NCBI GenBank assembly: GCA_944329445.1
Contig: CALVIH010000001.1
Location: 30,900-94,899 of the forward strand
Source: an uncultured Bacilli bacterium
Lineage (GTDB): Bacteria; Bacillota_I; Bacilli_A; RF39; UBA660
Direction of reading: 5' to 3'
DNA: 64,000 nt
Shown here: piece after piece, positions 1-9,900 of the stretch
How the letters are laid out: every line of letters begins with the position of its first letter
How positions within the stretch are numbered: position 1 is the stretch's first letter
Notes under the pieces: generated by a model
Seen by the model: the letters and a program-made list of their open reading frames with translations, nothing else
What the model was told of the DNA's origin: nothing
Database searches by the model: none
Made by a program: the position numbers and the translations under genes

Positions 1-1551
1 TTTACTGGCCCAAGGGGTACTGGTAAAACAAGTAGTGCAAAATTATTCGCAAAGGCCATTAATTGTTTAAATAACAAGAGTGGTGATGCTTGTAATGAAT
101 GCGAAAACTGTAAATCATTTAATGAAAACAGCAATCCAGATATAATTGAAATAGATGCGGCATCAAATAACGGAGTAGATGAAATAAGAGAAATAAAAAA
201 TAAAGTTAATTTAGTGCCCGCAATGTCAAAATATAAAGTATATATAATAGATGAGGTTCATATGCTTTCAATAGGTGCTTTTAATGCGCTATTAAAAACT
301 TTAGAAGAGCCTCCTGAGTATGTAATATTTATATTAGCAACAACAGAGCCACAAAAAATTCCAGCAACCATTGTTTCAAGGTGTCAAAGATTTGATTTTA
401 AAAGTATTTCAAGTAATAAAATGAAAGAATGTCTTGAAAATATAGTAGAAAAAGAAAAAATAGATATAGATGATAGTGCTTTACAAGAAATTATTGATAA
501 TTCTAATGGTGGTATGAGGGATGCTATTGGATTATTAGATCAAGCTTCAGCATTTTGTGAAGACACAATAACTGCAACAGATATTGAAGAATTATCAGGA
601 AATATTTCTGAATTAGAAATAAGAACAATTCTAGTTGATATAATAAAAAAAGAATATAAAAACATATTTGACAAAATAACGGATTATTCTAAACGTGGAA
701 AAGATTTTTCGTTGATATGTGAAAAAATAATAAATTATGTAAAAAAAGGCATTTTATATAAGAAAAAGGTACAACTTGATAAAATAGATGTTGAAGATAA
801 AGAGCTATATGATTCTATATCCGATAGTAAATTATATTTAATTATTGATTTTTTGGTAGAAACCTTAGTTAAAGTAAAAGAGAGTTATCAAAAAGAATTA
901 ACTTTTGAAGTTCAAATTATTCAATTAATTGATAAATTATCTGGTGAAAGAGAAATTTTAGCTAATAACGTTAATGTTTCACGTGGAACATTAACAACAA
1001 AAAAGCAAAAAATGGAAGATGTTCCACGTGAAACATCTAGTGAAAACAAAAAAATTGAAAACAATGTTCCACGTGAAACATTAGAAAAATCCCCCATTGA
1101 CGAAATTAAAAATATTAGAATTAATAATATATTGAAGGAAGCTACAAAACAAGATATGCAGTTTGTATTGGATTTATGGGATAATATAAACGATTATCTT
1201 ATAGATGATAAATATAAATTAGTAGCAGGTATCCTAATAGATGCAAAGCCAGTTGCAGTATCCAAACAAGGTGTTATAATAACATTGCCTTTAGATTCTA
1301 CTGTTAATAGAATAGAAAAAGAATATGATAATAGTAAGGAACTTTTAAAGGAAATTTATAATGAAAATTATAAAGTTGTTTATATTTCTAGCGATTATTG
1401 GAAAAAGGTAAGACCAACTTATGTAGAAAAGGCCAAAAATGGTACGCTAGAGATAATAGACGAGAATGAAATTTTAGATAAAATAAAAAAAATTAATAAT
1501 AAAAACTCAGTAAATGAATTTAATGAGTTGATAGAAATGGAGGAAGATTAA
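1..1551 (+). CDS. dnaX: DNA polymerase III subunit tau (DnaX), 5' end cut by window edge
   Basis: Frame 1 is open from base 1. Translation starts FTGPRGTGKT (Walker A), then IIDEVHMLS (Walker B) and SRCQRF. It is followed by ybaB-recR as in most bacteria. Confidence 0.95.
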   Translation, partial: FTGPRGTGKTSSAKLFAKAINCLNNKSGDACNECENCKSFNENSNPDIIEIDAASNNGVDEIREIKNKVNLVPAMSKYKVYIIDEVHMLSIGAFNALLKTLEEPPEYVIFILATTEPQKIPATIVSRCQRFDFKSISSNKMKECLENIVEKEKIDIDDSALQEIIDNSNGGMRDAIGLLDQASAFCEDTITATDIEELSGNISELEIRTILVDIIKKEYKNIFDKITDYSKRGKDFSLICEKIINYVKKGILYKKKVQLDKIDVEDKELYDSISDSKLYLIIDFLVETLVKVKESYQKELTFEVQIIQLIDKLSGEREILANNVNVSRGTLTTKKQKMEDVPRETSSENKKIENNVPRETLEKSPIDEIKNIRINNILKEATKQDMQFVLDLWDNINDYLIDDKYKLVAGILIDAKPVAVSKQGVIITLPLDSTVNRIEKEYDNSKELLKEIYNENYKVVYISSDYWKKVRPTYVEKAKNGTLEIIDENEILDKIKKINNKNSVNEFNELIEMEED

Positions 1552-1552
1552 T

Positions 1553-1849
1553 ATGAATTTACAAGCTTTAATGAAACAAGCACAATCAATGCAAAAAAAT
1601 ATTATGAATTCGAAAGCAGAAATAGAATCTATGACTTTTACTGGCGAATCAGAATTGGTAGAAGTAAAAATGAATGGTAAAAGAGAGGTTTTATCGGTAA
1701 AAATAAAGAGTGAAGAATTAGAAAAGGATGATATTGAAATATTAGAAGATATGATTGCAATTGCTACGAATGATGCACTTAAGAAAATAGATAAGGAAAT
1801 AGAAAATAAAATGGGAAGTCAAGCAGGAGCGTTAAGCGGACTTCTATAA
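1553..1849 (+). CDS. ybaB: YbaB/EbfC family nucleoid-associated protein
   Basis: 98 aa. Sits in the universal dnaX-ybaB-recR position, and the N-terminus MNLQALMKQAQSMQ is typical of the family. Confidence 0.9.
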   Translation: MNLQALMKQAQSMQKNIMNSKAEIESMTFTGESELVEVKMNGKREVLSVKIKSEELEKDDIEILEDMIAIATNDALKKIDKEIENKMGSQAGALSGLL

Positions 1850-1861
1850 TAGGAGTACAAC

Positions 1862-2461
1862 ATGAATTATCCACGAAGTTTTCAAAATTTAATTGATTGT
1901 TTTAAATTGTTACCTGGTGTTGGAACAAAGACCGCCGAAAGATATGCGTTTTCTATGCTAGATTTAGACGAAAATAAAATAAATGATTTTTGTGAGTCAA
2001 TTTCTAACGTTAAAGAAAAAATAACAACATGTCCTAATTGTGGTTGTATGTCTGATTCGAACAATTGTTTAATATGTTCTGATGACAGCAGGCACAAGGA
2101 TATCATATGTGTTGTTGAAAATCAAAAAAACGTGTTTATTTTCGAAAAATTAGGAGTTTTTAAGACTAAATATCATGTGTTAGGAGGTCTTATTTCTCCT
2201 ATGGATGGTGTTAATCCAGAGGATTTATCAATAAGCAAACTAATTGAACGAATTGAAAAAGAAAATATAAAAGAAATTATCTTAGCTTTAAGGCCAGGAA
2301 TAGAGGGAAACACAACGGCTTTATACATAACTAAGTTACTTGAAAATAAAAATGTTAAAGTTACACAAATAGCGCAAGGTGTTCCAATGGGAGCAGAAAT
2401 GGAGTATTTGGACGCTTTAACCCTTGAGATGGCTTTAGAAAATAGAAGTGAAATATCATAA
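1862..2461 (+). CDS. recR: recombination protein RecR
   Basis: HhH motif LPGVGTKTAERYAF, Cys4 zinc finger CPNCGC...CLIC, and a Toprim-like C-terminus. Confidence 0.95.
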   Translation: MNYPRSFQNLIDCFKLLPGVGTKTAERYAFSMLDLDENKINDFCESISNVKEKITTCPNCGCMSDSNNCLICSDDSRHKDIICVVENQKNVFIFEKLGVFKTKYHVLGGLISPMDGVNPEDLSISKLIERIEKENIKEIILALRPGIEGNTTALYITKLLENKNVKVTQIAQGVPMGAEMEYLDALTLEMALENRSEIS

Positions 2462-2500
2462 TTTTAAAAATAGAACATATTTTCTATTAGAGGTGAAAAT

Positions 2501-2689
2501 ATGTTGAAAGTTATACTAAACGTTGTAAAAAAAGTAATAATAGGGATGATTCTACTTTTTGGTTATAATACTTTTTTGTCATCACTTAATCTAATGATAC
2601 CAATTAATGTTATAACCATCGTAATAGCAAGTTTATTTGATGTTCCAGGAGTTATTGGGTTAGCCTTGTTTTTACTTTTGAATTACTAA
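2501..2689 (+). CDS. bofA: BofA-family pro-sigma-K processing inhibitor (small membrane protein)
   Basis: 62 aa with two TM segments. IPINVITIVIASLFDVPGVIGLALF closely parallels the B. subtilis BofA C-terminus (VPINLVTTAISGILGIPGIAALVV). Same position after recR as in Bacillus. Confidence 0.7.
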   Translation: MLKVILNVVKKVIIGMILLFGYNTFLSSLNLMIPINVITIVIASLFDVPGVIGLALFLLLNY

Positions 2690-2704
2690 AAGAGGTGGTA
2701 ACAT

Positions 2705-3610
2705 ATGTCTGATATAATTATTAATAATCAACCTGTATTATCTAAAATTTTAAACAAAATACAAAAAAGTAATACTAACGTTCAGGCATATATGCTTTAT
2801 GGTGATTCGAAAGAAATATTAAGAAATTATGCAATTATGTTTGCTAAGGTGTTAATTTGTCCACGTGAGTATTGTGATAATTGTAATAAGTGCAATATAT
2901 GCAGGAGAATTGATAATAATGTTTATGGAGAATTAAAAATTGTTAATCCGGTAAACAAAATGATAAAAAAAGAGGCGGTTTTAGAAGTTAAAGAAACTTT
3001 TAATACTGAAAGTATAGAAGGAAAAAATGGTGTATATATAATTAATGATGTTGAGTTGCTTAATACATCAGCGGCTAACGCAATACTAAAATTTTTAGAG
3101 GAACCAGATGGTAATTCGGTCGCAATATTTACAACAACAAACTTAGATGCTGTTATTAAGACAATTTCTTCTAGATGTCAAACAATTAAAATTAATAATT
3201 ATAAAGTTAAACGCGGTATTGAGTTTGTAATGGAAGTAAGTGGTTTTGATGAAGAAACCATATATAAAATTGTTGATTTTACCAAAAAGATAGAAAAAGA
3301 TAAAGCAGGTGCTATTTCAAACATAAAAAATGAGTTTATTAACAATTTTGATAATAAGGACGCTTTAATGAATGCTCTTAACGTAATGCTTTTGTATTAT
3401 AAGGACATGTTAAATTATTTAATTAGAAATAAGTGCTTTTATTTTGATGTAAATGACGTTAAGTTGGCCTTAAATAATCAGGACAAGGATTTAATTTCAA
3501 GAAAAATATCATTTATTTTGGAAAATATATCAAAATTAGAGTACAATGTTAATGTGTTGTTGTTTATGGACAACCTAATTATTAGAATAGGGGAAATGAA
3601 TGATGATTAA
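2705..3610 (+). CDS. holB: DNA polymerase III subunit delta prime
   Basis: Degenerate clamp-loader AAA+ fold, Cys-rich insert CPREYCDNCNKCNIC, FLEEP and SRCQ motifs. Lies upstream of ricT as in Bacillus. Confidence 0.85.
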   Translation: MSDIIINNQPVLSKILNKIQKSNTNVQAYMLYGDSKEILRNYAIMFAKVLICPREYCDNCNKCNICRRIDNNVYGELKIVNPVNKMIKKEAVLEVKETFNTESIEGKNGVYIINDVELLNTSAANAILKFLEEPDGNSVAIFTTTNLDAVIKTISSRCQTIKINNYKVKRGIEFVMEVSGFDEETIYKIVDFTKKIEKDKAGAISNIKNEFINNFDNKDALMNALNVMLLYYKDMLNYLIRNKCFYFDVNDVKLALNNQDKDLISRKISFILENISKLEYNVNVLLFMDNLIIRIGEMNDD

Positions 3611-4400
3611 AGTAATAGGAATTAACTTTTCAAACGCAAACCGTATATATTATTTTTCACCAGGTAAACTTAAAGTAAAAAACGGCGATTATGTTATTGT
3701 TGAAACCGAGCGTGGCATTCAATTTGGACAAGCCGTAACTGATATTTTAGACATGCCAAAAGAAAAAGTTTTCTTACCCCTAAAAGACGTTATTAGGATT
3801 GCTACAGAAAATGATATAAAAATAAATGAAAAAAACGCAAAAGATGCTGGTAAAGCTTTAGAATACGCAAAAGAGTTGGTGATAAAAGAAGATTTAGATA
3901 TGAAATTATTTGAGGCTTCGTATACGTTTGATCGGAAAAAGTTAATATTTAAATTTATTGCTGATGAAAGGGTTGATTTTAGGCAGTTAGCAAAACTTTT
4001 GGCAGCAAAATATAAAACTAGGATAGAGCTAAGACAAATTGGAGTTAGAGATAAAGCTAAAGAAATTGGAGGACTAGGTCCATGCGGAAGACCATTATGT
4101 TGTAGTGAGTTTTTGACTAGTTTTAACAGTGTATCCATTAATATGGCAAAGAATCAGGGAATTGCTTTGAATCCTACTAAGATAAATGGAGCATGTGGAA
4201 GATTGCTCTGCTGTTTAGGATATGAGGATGACGTTTATACCGAATACAAAAAGAATTTTCCTAAACTAGGTGAGTTAGTTAACGTTGGGGATAAAAAAGG
4301 TAGGGTAAGTGAACTAAACGTTTTAAGTGGTAATTATAAAGTTAAAACTTCTGATGATGAAGAAATCATTGTAATGGTAGATCAAGATGGAAGTAATTAA
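3600..4400 (+). CDS. ricT: PSP1-domain protein RicT/YaaT (stage 0 sporulation protein)
   Basis: PSP1 domain with the paired Cys motifs GPCGRPLCC and GACGRLLCC. Follows holB. Confidence 0.9.
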   Translation: MMIKVIGINFSNANRIYYFSPGKLKVKNGDYVIVETERGIQFGQAVTDILDMPKEKVFLPLKDVIRIATENDIKINEKNAKDAGKALEYAKELVIKEDLDMKLFEASYTFDRKKLIFKFIADERVDFRQLAKLLAAKYKTRIELRQIGVRDKAKEIGGLGPCGRPLCCSEFLTSFNSVSINMAKNQGIALNPTKINGACGRLLCCLGYEDDVYTEYKKNFPKLGELVNVGDKKGRVSELNVLSGNYKVKTSDDEEIIVMVDQDGSN

Positions 4401-5124
4401 TGATTTATTAAACTATAATGGTTTAAAAATAGTTCAGAACACTAACTGGTTTAGTTTTTCAATTGATTCTGTTTTGTTGGCAAATTTTGTTAAGGTAAAT
4501 AATAAGCAAAAAATAATTGATTTTTGCAGTGGAAACGCGCCGATTCCACTATTTTTAAGTACTAAAATTAGTGGAAAAATAATTGGTGTAGAACTTCAAA
4601 AAGAAGTTTACGATTTAGCGCTAAAAAGCATAAAAATAAACAAGTTAGAAGATAGAATCGAAATTTTAAACGAAGACGTTAGAAAACTTGCTGATATGTA
4701 CGAAACTGATACCTTTGATTTAATAACTTGTAATCCACCCTATTTTAAGGTAAAAACAGATTCTAATACAAACTTTAACACGATAAAGTCAATCGCTAGG
4801 CACGAACTTTATCTTAATTTAGATGACATATTTAAGTGTGCTAAAAAGCTACTTAAAAATAATGGTAGAATAGCAATGGTTCATAGAACAGATAGGTTAA
4901 TTGATATAATAACTTGTATGAAGGAAAATAACATTGAACCAAAAAGAATGCAATTTGTTTATCCGTTTAAAAATTCTAAATCAAATTTAGTCTTAATAGA
5001 AGGAGCAAAAAATGGACAAAGTGGTTTAATTTTAGAAAAAAATATCATTGTTCATAGCGAAGACGGAAGTTACACGGACTATGTGAAAAAAGTATTTAAT
5101 GGTGGTGATATAAATGAAAATTAA
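4387..5124 (+). CDS. SAM-dependent methyltransferase, tRNA(adenine-N6) TrmN6/YabB-like
   Basis: CNPPYF catalytic motif and a class I SAM fold (IDFCSGNAP). Occupies the position of B. subtilis yabB. Confidence 0.75.
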   Translation: MEVINDLLNYNGLKIVQNTNWFSFSIDSVLLANFVKVNNKQKIIDFCSGNAPIPLFLSTKISGKIIGVELQKEVYDLALKSIKINKLEDRIEILNEDVRKLADMYETDTFDLITCNPPYFKVKTDSNTNFNTIKSIARHELYLNLDDIFKCAKKLLKNNGRIAMVHRTDRLIDIITCMKENNIEPKRMQFVYPFKNSKSNLVLIEGAKNGQSGLILEKNIIVHSEDGSYTDYVKKVFNGGDINEN

Positions 5125-5689
5125 GTTGGTGGTTGGATTAGGCAATCCTGGAAAACAATATAATAACACAAGGCATAACATGGGTTTTATGGTACTTGAT
5201 GAAATAGCAAGAAGATTAGAAGTATTTAAATGGAAAGAAAGAGATGGAGCTTTATACTTCGATTGCTATTTAGATTTAGCACATATAATTTTTATGAAAC
5301 CACAAAAATATATAAATCTATCTGGTGATGTTATGATTGATTTTATTAAATACTTTGATATAAAAACAGAAGATATTTTGGTGGTAAGCGATGATTTAGA
5401 CTTACCAGTAGGCAGTATCAAACTAAAGTTAAAAGGCTCTTCTGGTGGACATAATGGCTTGAAAAATATAGAAGAAAGACTTGGTACCAATGAATATCGT
5501 AGGGTTAAAGTAGGAATATCTAATGATAAGGAAATGGATACCAAGGATTATGTTTTAGGTAAGATTGGTCCAACCGAAAAAAGACATTTAAAAAAGGCCA
5601 TTGATTTAGCAGCTGACGCAGTTTTGGCATCTTTTCACACTCCGTTTGAAGAACTTATGAGTAAGTATAATACCAGAATAAGAAATTAG
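5114..5689 (+). CDS. pth: peptidyl-tRNA hydrolase
   Basis: N-terminus KLVVGLGNPGKQYNNTRHNMGF, and GSSGGHNGLKNI. Confidence 0.95.
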   Translation: MKIKLVVGLGNPGKQYNNTRHNMGFMVLDEIARRLEVFKWKERDGALYFDCYLDLAHIIFMKPQKYINLSGDVMIDFIKYFDIKTEDILVVSDDLDLPVGSIKLKLKGSSGGHNGLKNIEERLGTNEYRRVKVGISNDKEMDTKDYVLGKIGPTEKRHLKKAIDLAADAVLASFHTPFEELMSKYNTRIRN

Positions 5690-5697
5690 GTGATAAA

Positions 5698-8600
5698 ATG
5701 CTTAACAACATTTTTCAAAATAAAATAGTTGATAGTAAAAAACCGGTTTTAGTAACCGGTTTATGTAAAGGGGTCCGAGCATCGTACGTTTGGAATCTTT
5801 TTGGTGCTTTAAAACAGAATTTATTAGTTGTTACAAATACACTATTTGAAGCAAACGCTTTATATAAATCTTTAAGTAATGGTACAAATAACGTTTTACT
5901 TTTTCCAATGGATGATTTTATTGTTAGTGAAGCTTTGGCAACTTCACCCGATTTAATGACAAAGAGAATAGAAACATTAAACGAGTTATCCACAGCAAAA
6001 GAACCACGGTTAATAATAACAAATTTAATGGGCTATTTAAGATTTTTACCTAGCAAGGAATTATGGAAAACCTCTAGTGTTTCGTTAAGTGTTGGTAATA
6101 ACGTATCACGTGATGGCTTAATAAAAAAGCTTTCTCAAATTGGTTATGAAAAAGAGAGTTTGGTTACTAAAACGGGTGAGTTTGCAAACCGAGGATACAT
6201 CTTAGATGTATTTCCATATGGATATGATAATCCAGTAAGAATAGAATTTTTTGACGACGAAGTAGAAAGCATAAGAGTTTTTGACGCTAATAACCAATTA
6301 TCCACAGGAAAACTTGATAAGATAGACGTATTGCCTTTTACTGAATTTATAAATGAAAAAGAAATGTATGATGTTCCAAAAAGGCAAAGTTTACTTCCTT
6401 TAGTTAGTGATAATATATCTAGTTTAGTAGGATACATGGATAATTGTTTAACGATGTTTATGGACTTAGATAATATTTCTTTAGCATACGAAAAAATAAT
6501 GGAAGAGGTAACCGAATTCAAAGAAACCGATACGTTTGATACTCAAAGTTACATGCATGATTTGAAATGTATGTTACCTAGCATTTACGTAAATATATCA
6601 AGTGTTGATAATTATAATAAAAAAGAAAGTGACATCTTAGAAAGTTATTATTCTTCAGATATTGAGCAGTTTAATGGTAATTATGATAGAATTAATCATT
6701 TTATAATGAAGATGTTAGGATCTAAGCGTAAAATACTAGTGTACTTAAATGATAAACATGCAACTTTAGATTTTATTAATAAATCTAGTGTAATGACGAT
6801 CATGAGTACGGAAGATGATTTAAAAGAAAACGTAGTTAACATTATAAATGATACGTTACCAAATGGTTTTATAATAAATGATTTTGTTTTTTTAACTCAA
6901 AATGAATTATATAAAACAAGTAACGTGGTAACTTATAAAAGTAAGTTTAGATATGGTTCAAAGATAAGGGACATAAATAAGCTGAAACCAGGTGATTATG
7001 TTGTTCATATGAGTCATGGTATTGGTAGGTACTTAGGTATTGTTACTTTAACAGTTAAAGGTTTAAAAAAAGATTTTCTACATTTAGCTTATAAAGATAA
7101 TGATAAATTATATATTCCGGTTGAAAAAATTGAGTACATAACAAAATATTCTTCAAACGAAGGCGCAAAACCTCGTCTTAATAAGCTCGGCGGTACCGAA
7201 TGGTCAAAACAAAAAGCTAGGGTAAAGGGTAAGGTTAAGGATATTGCACGAGAACTTTTAGAAACATCTGCTAAAAGAAAACTAGTGCCTGGTTTTGCAT
7301 TTTTTGCAGACGATGAAGATCAAGTGCTATTTGAAAGTAAGTTTGCTTATGACGAGACAGCGGACCAAATAAAAGCAATAAGAGAAATAAAAGAAGACAT
7401 GGAGCAGCCGTTTCCAATGGATAGACTCTTATGTGGTGACGTTGGTTATGGTAAAACAGAGGTTGCCTTTAGAGCTATATTTAAAGCTATTAAATCGGGT
7501 AAACAGGCATGTTTTTTATGTCCTACCACAATTTTATCTAAACAGCATTATGAAAATGCCATTGAACGGTTTGAAGGTTTTGGAGTAAACATCGAAGTGT
7601 TAAATAGGTTTGTATCTCCAAAGAAAAAACAACAAATATTAGAAGAACTAGAAAGTGGTAAGATTGATTTAATAATAGGTACCCATCGTTTGTTAAGTAA
7701 GGATGTAAAATACAAGGACTTAGGACTTTTGGTTGTTGATGAAGAGCAGCGCTTCGGGGTTGCTCATAAAGAAAAAATAAAAGAGTATAAAGAGAACATA
7801 GACGTTTTAACTCTTTCTGCAACACCAATCCCAAGAACGCTTCAAATGTCCCTTACCGGAGTCAGAGGATTATCATTAATTGAGACACCTCCTGCCTTTA
7901 GATATCCGATTCAAACGTATGTTTTAAAAGAAAACGATCAGGTTATAAAAGACGCGATATATAAAGAGTTAGCCCGTGATGGTCAGGTGTTCGTGCTTTT
8001 CAATAACGTTGCTAAAATTGAAGATCAGGTACTTAGAATTAAAAAACTAGTACCAGAGGTTAAAATAACTTATATTCATGGTCAAATGAGTAAGGATAAG
8101 ATAGAACGAACAATGGAAAGCTTTGTTAATAACGAGTTTAATGTTTTGGTTTGTACCACCATTATTGAAACTGGAATTGACATTGAAAACGCCAATACGC
8201 TCATTGTTTTAGATGCTGATCATTTTGGACTTAGTCAGTTATATCAGATAAGAGGTAGAATTGGCCGTGGAAAAACGCTTGCGTATGCTTACCTAATGTA
8301 TAATAAAACTAAAGAATTGAATGATGTTGCCGTAAAAAGACTTAACGCCATAAAGGAATTTACCGAGCTAGGTAGTGGTTATGCTCTTGCGGTAAGAGAT
8401 TTAGCAATTCGTGGTGCTGGGGATATATTAGGAGCAGAGCAATCTGGTTTTATTGATACCGTTGGTTATGATATGTATTTAAAAATTCTAAACGAAGAGG
8501 TCGAACGCTTAAAAGGTAGTGTTAAGCAAGAAGATCAAGAGGATGCGGTAGAAGAACGTTCGTTTATTAGTGTTGCAACTCACGTTAGTGATAAATACGC

Positions 8601-8994
8601 AGATAGTGAAGATTTAAAAATTGAAATACATAAAATAATAAACACAATTAATGATTATGATAGTTTTATAAAGGTAAAAGAAGAATTGACGGATCGTTTT
8701 GGAGAATTAGATGAAGAAATAATAATATATATGTTAGAAGAATTATTTCAATATAACGCCAAGAAAAAGGGCGTATTTAAAGTAGATCAGTTACAAAACA
8801 GTATAACCGTGTACTTTAATAAAGAAGTATCGCAAAGACAAGATGGGGCAGAACTTTTATCATCACTATTTAAAATAAATCCTTCTTTTGATGTTAAGTA
8901 TCTTAATAACATTTTAAGAGTCACTCTTCCAATTAAAAATTTAAGTGAGCACTTTCTTTATTATTTAACAAAAATGTTAGATGTAATTGAATAA
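5698..8994 (+). CDS. mfd: transcription-repair coupling factor
   Basis: 1098 aa with a UvrB-like N-terminus, CarD-like segment GDYVVHMSHGIGRY, SF2 helicase motifs GDVGYGKTEVA and DEEQRFG, and a TRCF C-terminal domain. pth-mfd synteny. Confidence 0.95.
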   Translation: MLNNIFQNKIVDSKKPVLVTGLCKGVRASYVWNLFGALKQNLLVVTNTLFEANALYKSLSNGTNNVLLFPMDDFIVSEALATSPDLMTKRIETLNELSTAKEPRLIITNLMGYLRFLPSKELWKTSSVSLSVGNNVSRDGLIKKLSQIGYEKESLVTKTGEFANRGYILDVFPYGYDNPVRIEFFDDEVESIRVFDANNQLSTGKLDKIDVLPFTEFINEKEMYDVPKRQSLLPLVSDNISSLVGYMDNCLTMFMDLDNISLAYEKIMEEVTEFKETDTFDTQSYMHDLKCMLPSIYVNISSVDNYNKKESDILESYYSSDIEQFNGNYDRINHFIMKMLGSKRKILVYLNDKHATLDFINKSSVMTIMSTEDDLKENVVNIINDTLPNGFIINDFVFLTQNELYKTSNVVTYKSKFRYGSKIRDINKLKPGDYVVHMSHGIGRYLGIVTLTVKGLKKDFLHLAYKDNDKLYIPVEKIEYITKYSSNEGAKPRLNKLGGTEWSKQKARVKGKVKDIARELLETSAKRKLVPGFAFFADDEDQVLFESKFAYDETADQIKAIREIKEDMEQPFPMDRLLCGDVGYGKTEVAFRAIFKAIKSGKQACFLCPTTILSKQHYENAIERFEGFGVNIEVLNRFVSPKKKQQILEELESGKIDLIIGTHRLLSKDVKYKDLGLLVVDEEQRFGVAHKEKIKEYKENIDVLTLSATPIPRTLQMSLTGVRGLSLIETPPAFRYPIQTYVLKENDQVIKDAIYKELARDGQVFVLFNNVAKIEDQVLRIKKLVPEVKITYIHGQMSKDKIERTMESFVNNEFNVLVCTTIIETGIDIENANTLIVLDADHFGLSQLYQIRGRIGRGKTLAYAYLMYNKTKELNDVAVKRLNAIKEFTELGSGYALAVRDLAIRGAGDILGAEQSGFIDTVGYDMYLKILNEEVERLKGSVKQEDQEDAVEERSFISVATHVSDKYADSEDLKIEIHKIINTINDYDSFIKVKEELTDRFGELDEEIIIYMLEELFQYNAKKKGVFKVDQLQNSITVYFNKEVSQRQDGAELLSSLFKINPSFDVKYLNNILRVTLPIKNLSEHFLYYLTKMLDVIE

Positions 8995-9037
8995 AACTAG
9001 CGTTTTTATACATTCTAAAAAAGAAGGGAAGAATTGT

Positions 9038-9556
9038 ATGAAAACAACAGGAATAACCAGAAGAATAGATGAACTTGGAAGAATTGTAGTTCCTAAAGAA
9101 ATAAGAAAGAACATGCACTTAAAAACAGGGGAATTACTTGAGATTTTTCTTAGTGACTCTGAAACCATTACTTTAAAAAAGCATTCTATAATAACTAAGG
9201 GTGAAGAGTTTATTTCTTTTTATATAAAAGCTTTAGCGGGTAAAATAAACGCATTTGTTTACATGACTAATTTAAGTGAAATTGTTTTTTCAAATGATGA
9301 AAGTGTAATTGGAGAGAAAATAAGTTCTGAATTAGAGGAACAAATTTCTAATAATCTAAACGCAAATAATTTAACAAAGCTTATGATTACTAACAAAATC
9401 GTTTTAGAAAAGCCTTTTTCTATTTATCCACTTTCTCCCAATGGAGATTTATCTGGCGTTTTAATAATAAAATTTAAGGATGATAAACAATTTGAAAACC
9501 AAGAAATCATTAAGTTTTCCACAGCGTTTCTTGAATCTTATTTTGAGAATAATTAA
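9038..9556 (+). CDS. spoVT: AbrB-family stage V sporulation regulator SpoVT
   Basis: I start at the ATG at 9038 (RBS gaagggaag), giving MKTTGITRRIDELGRIVVPKEIRK, the SpoVT/AbrB swapped-hairpin motif, plus a GAF-like C-terminus. Follows mfd as in Bacillus. The ORF track start at 8987 would overlap the mfd end. Confidence 0.85.
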   Translation: MKTTGITRRIDELGRIVVPKEIRKNMHLKTGELLEIFLSDSETITLKKHSIITKGEEFISFYIKALAGKINAFVYMTNLSEIVFSNDESVIGEKISSELEEQISNNLNANNLTKLMITNKIVLEKPFSIYPLSPNGDLSGVLIIKFKDDKQFENQEIIKFSTAFLESYFENN

Positions 9557-9689
9557 ACTATGTAAAATTTTGTCTAATTTTGCAATTAATTGTCTTTGAT
9601 ATTTACTTAAACATTTTTAATGTGTTATATTTTTAACGTTGTATCAAGTAGTATCCGTTGTAAAATTAATGAGAAAGGAAGATATTTTG

Positions 9690-9872
9690 ATGCATCAAAG
9701 CGAAATAGTGGGTAATGCCAGAGCATTTGCTATTAAAACTATGTTTTTTCTACTATTAATAGCATTCTCGGTAGTGATGTATTTAGAAAGTAAGGCTATG
9801 TTAGATATGGCTTATGCTTTTGTGGTATTGGTTTTATTTATAGAGTTTTTAAACGTGAAATTATATCAGTGA
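9690..9872 (+). CDS. hypothetical small membrane protein
   Basis: ATG at 9690 has a good RBS (gagaaaggaag) 8 nt upstream. About 60 aa with two hydrophobic helices and no recognisable motif. Confidence 0.4.
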   Translation: MHQSEIVGNARAFAIKTMFFLLLIAFSVVMYLESKAMLDMAYAFVVLVLFIEFLNVKLYQ

Positions 9873-9900
9873 TATGGTATAATTTTTTTGGTGATATAAA

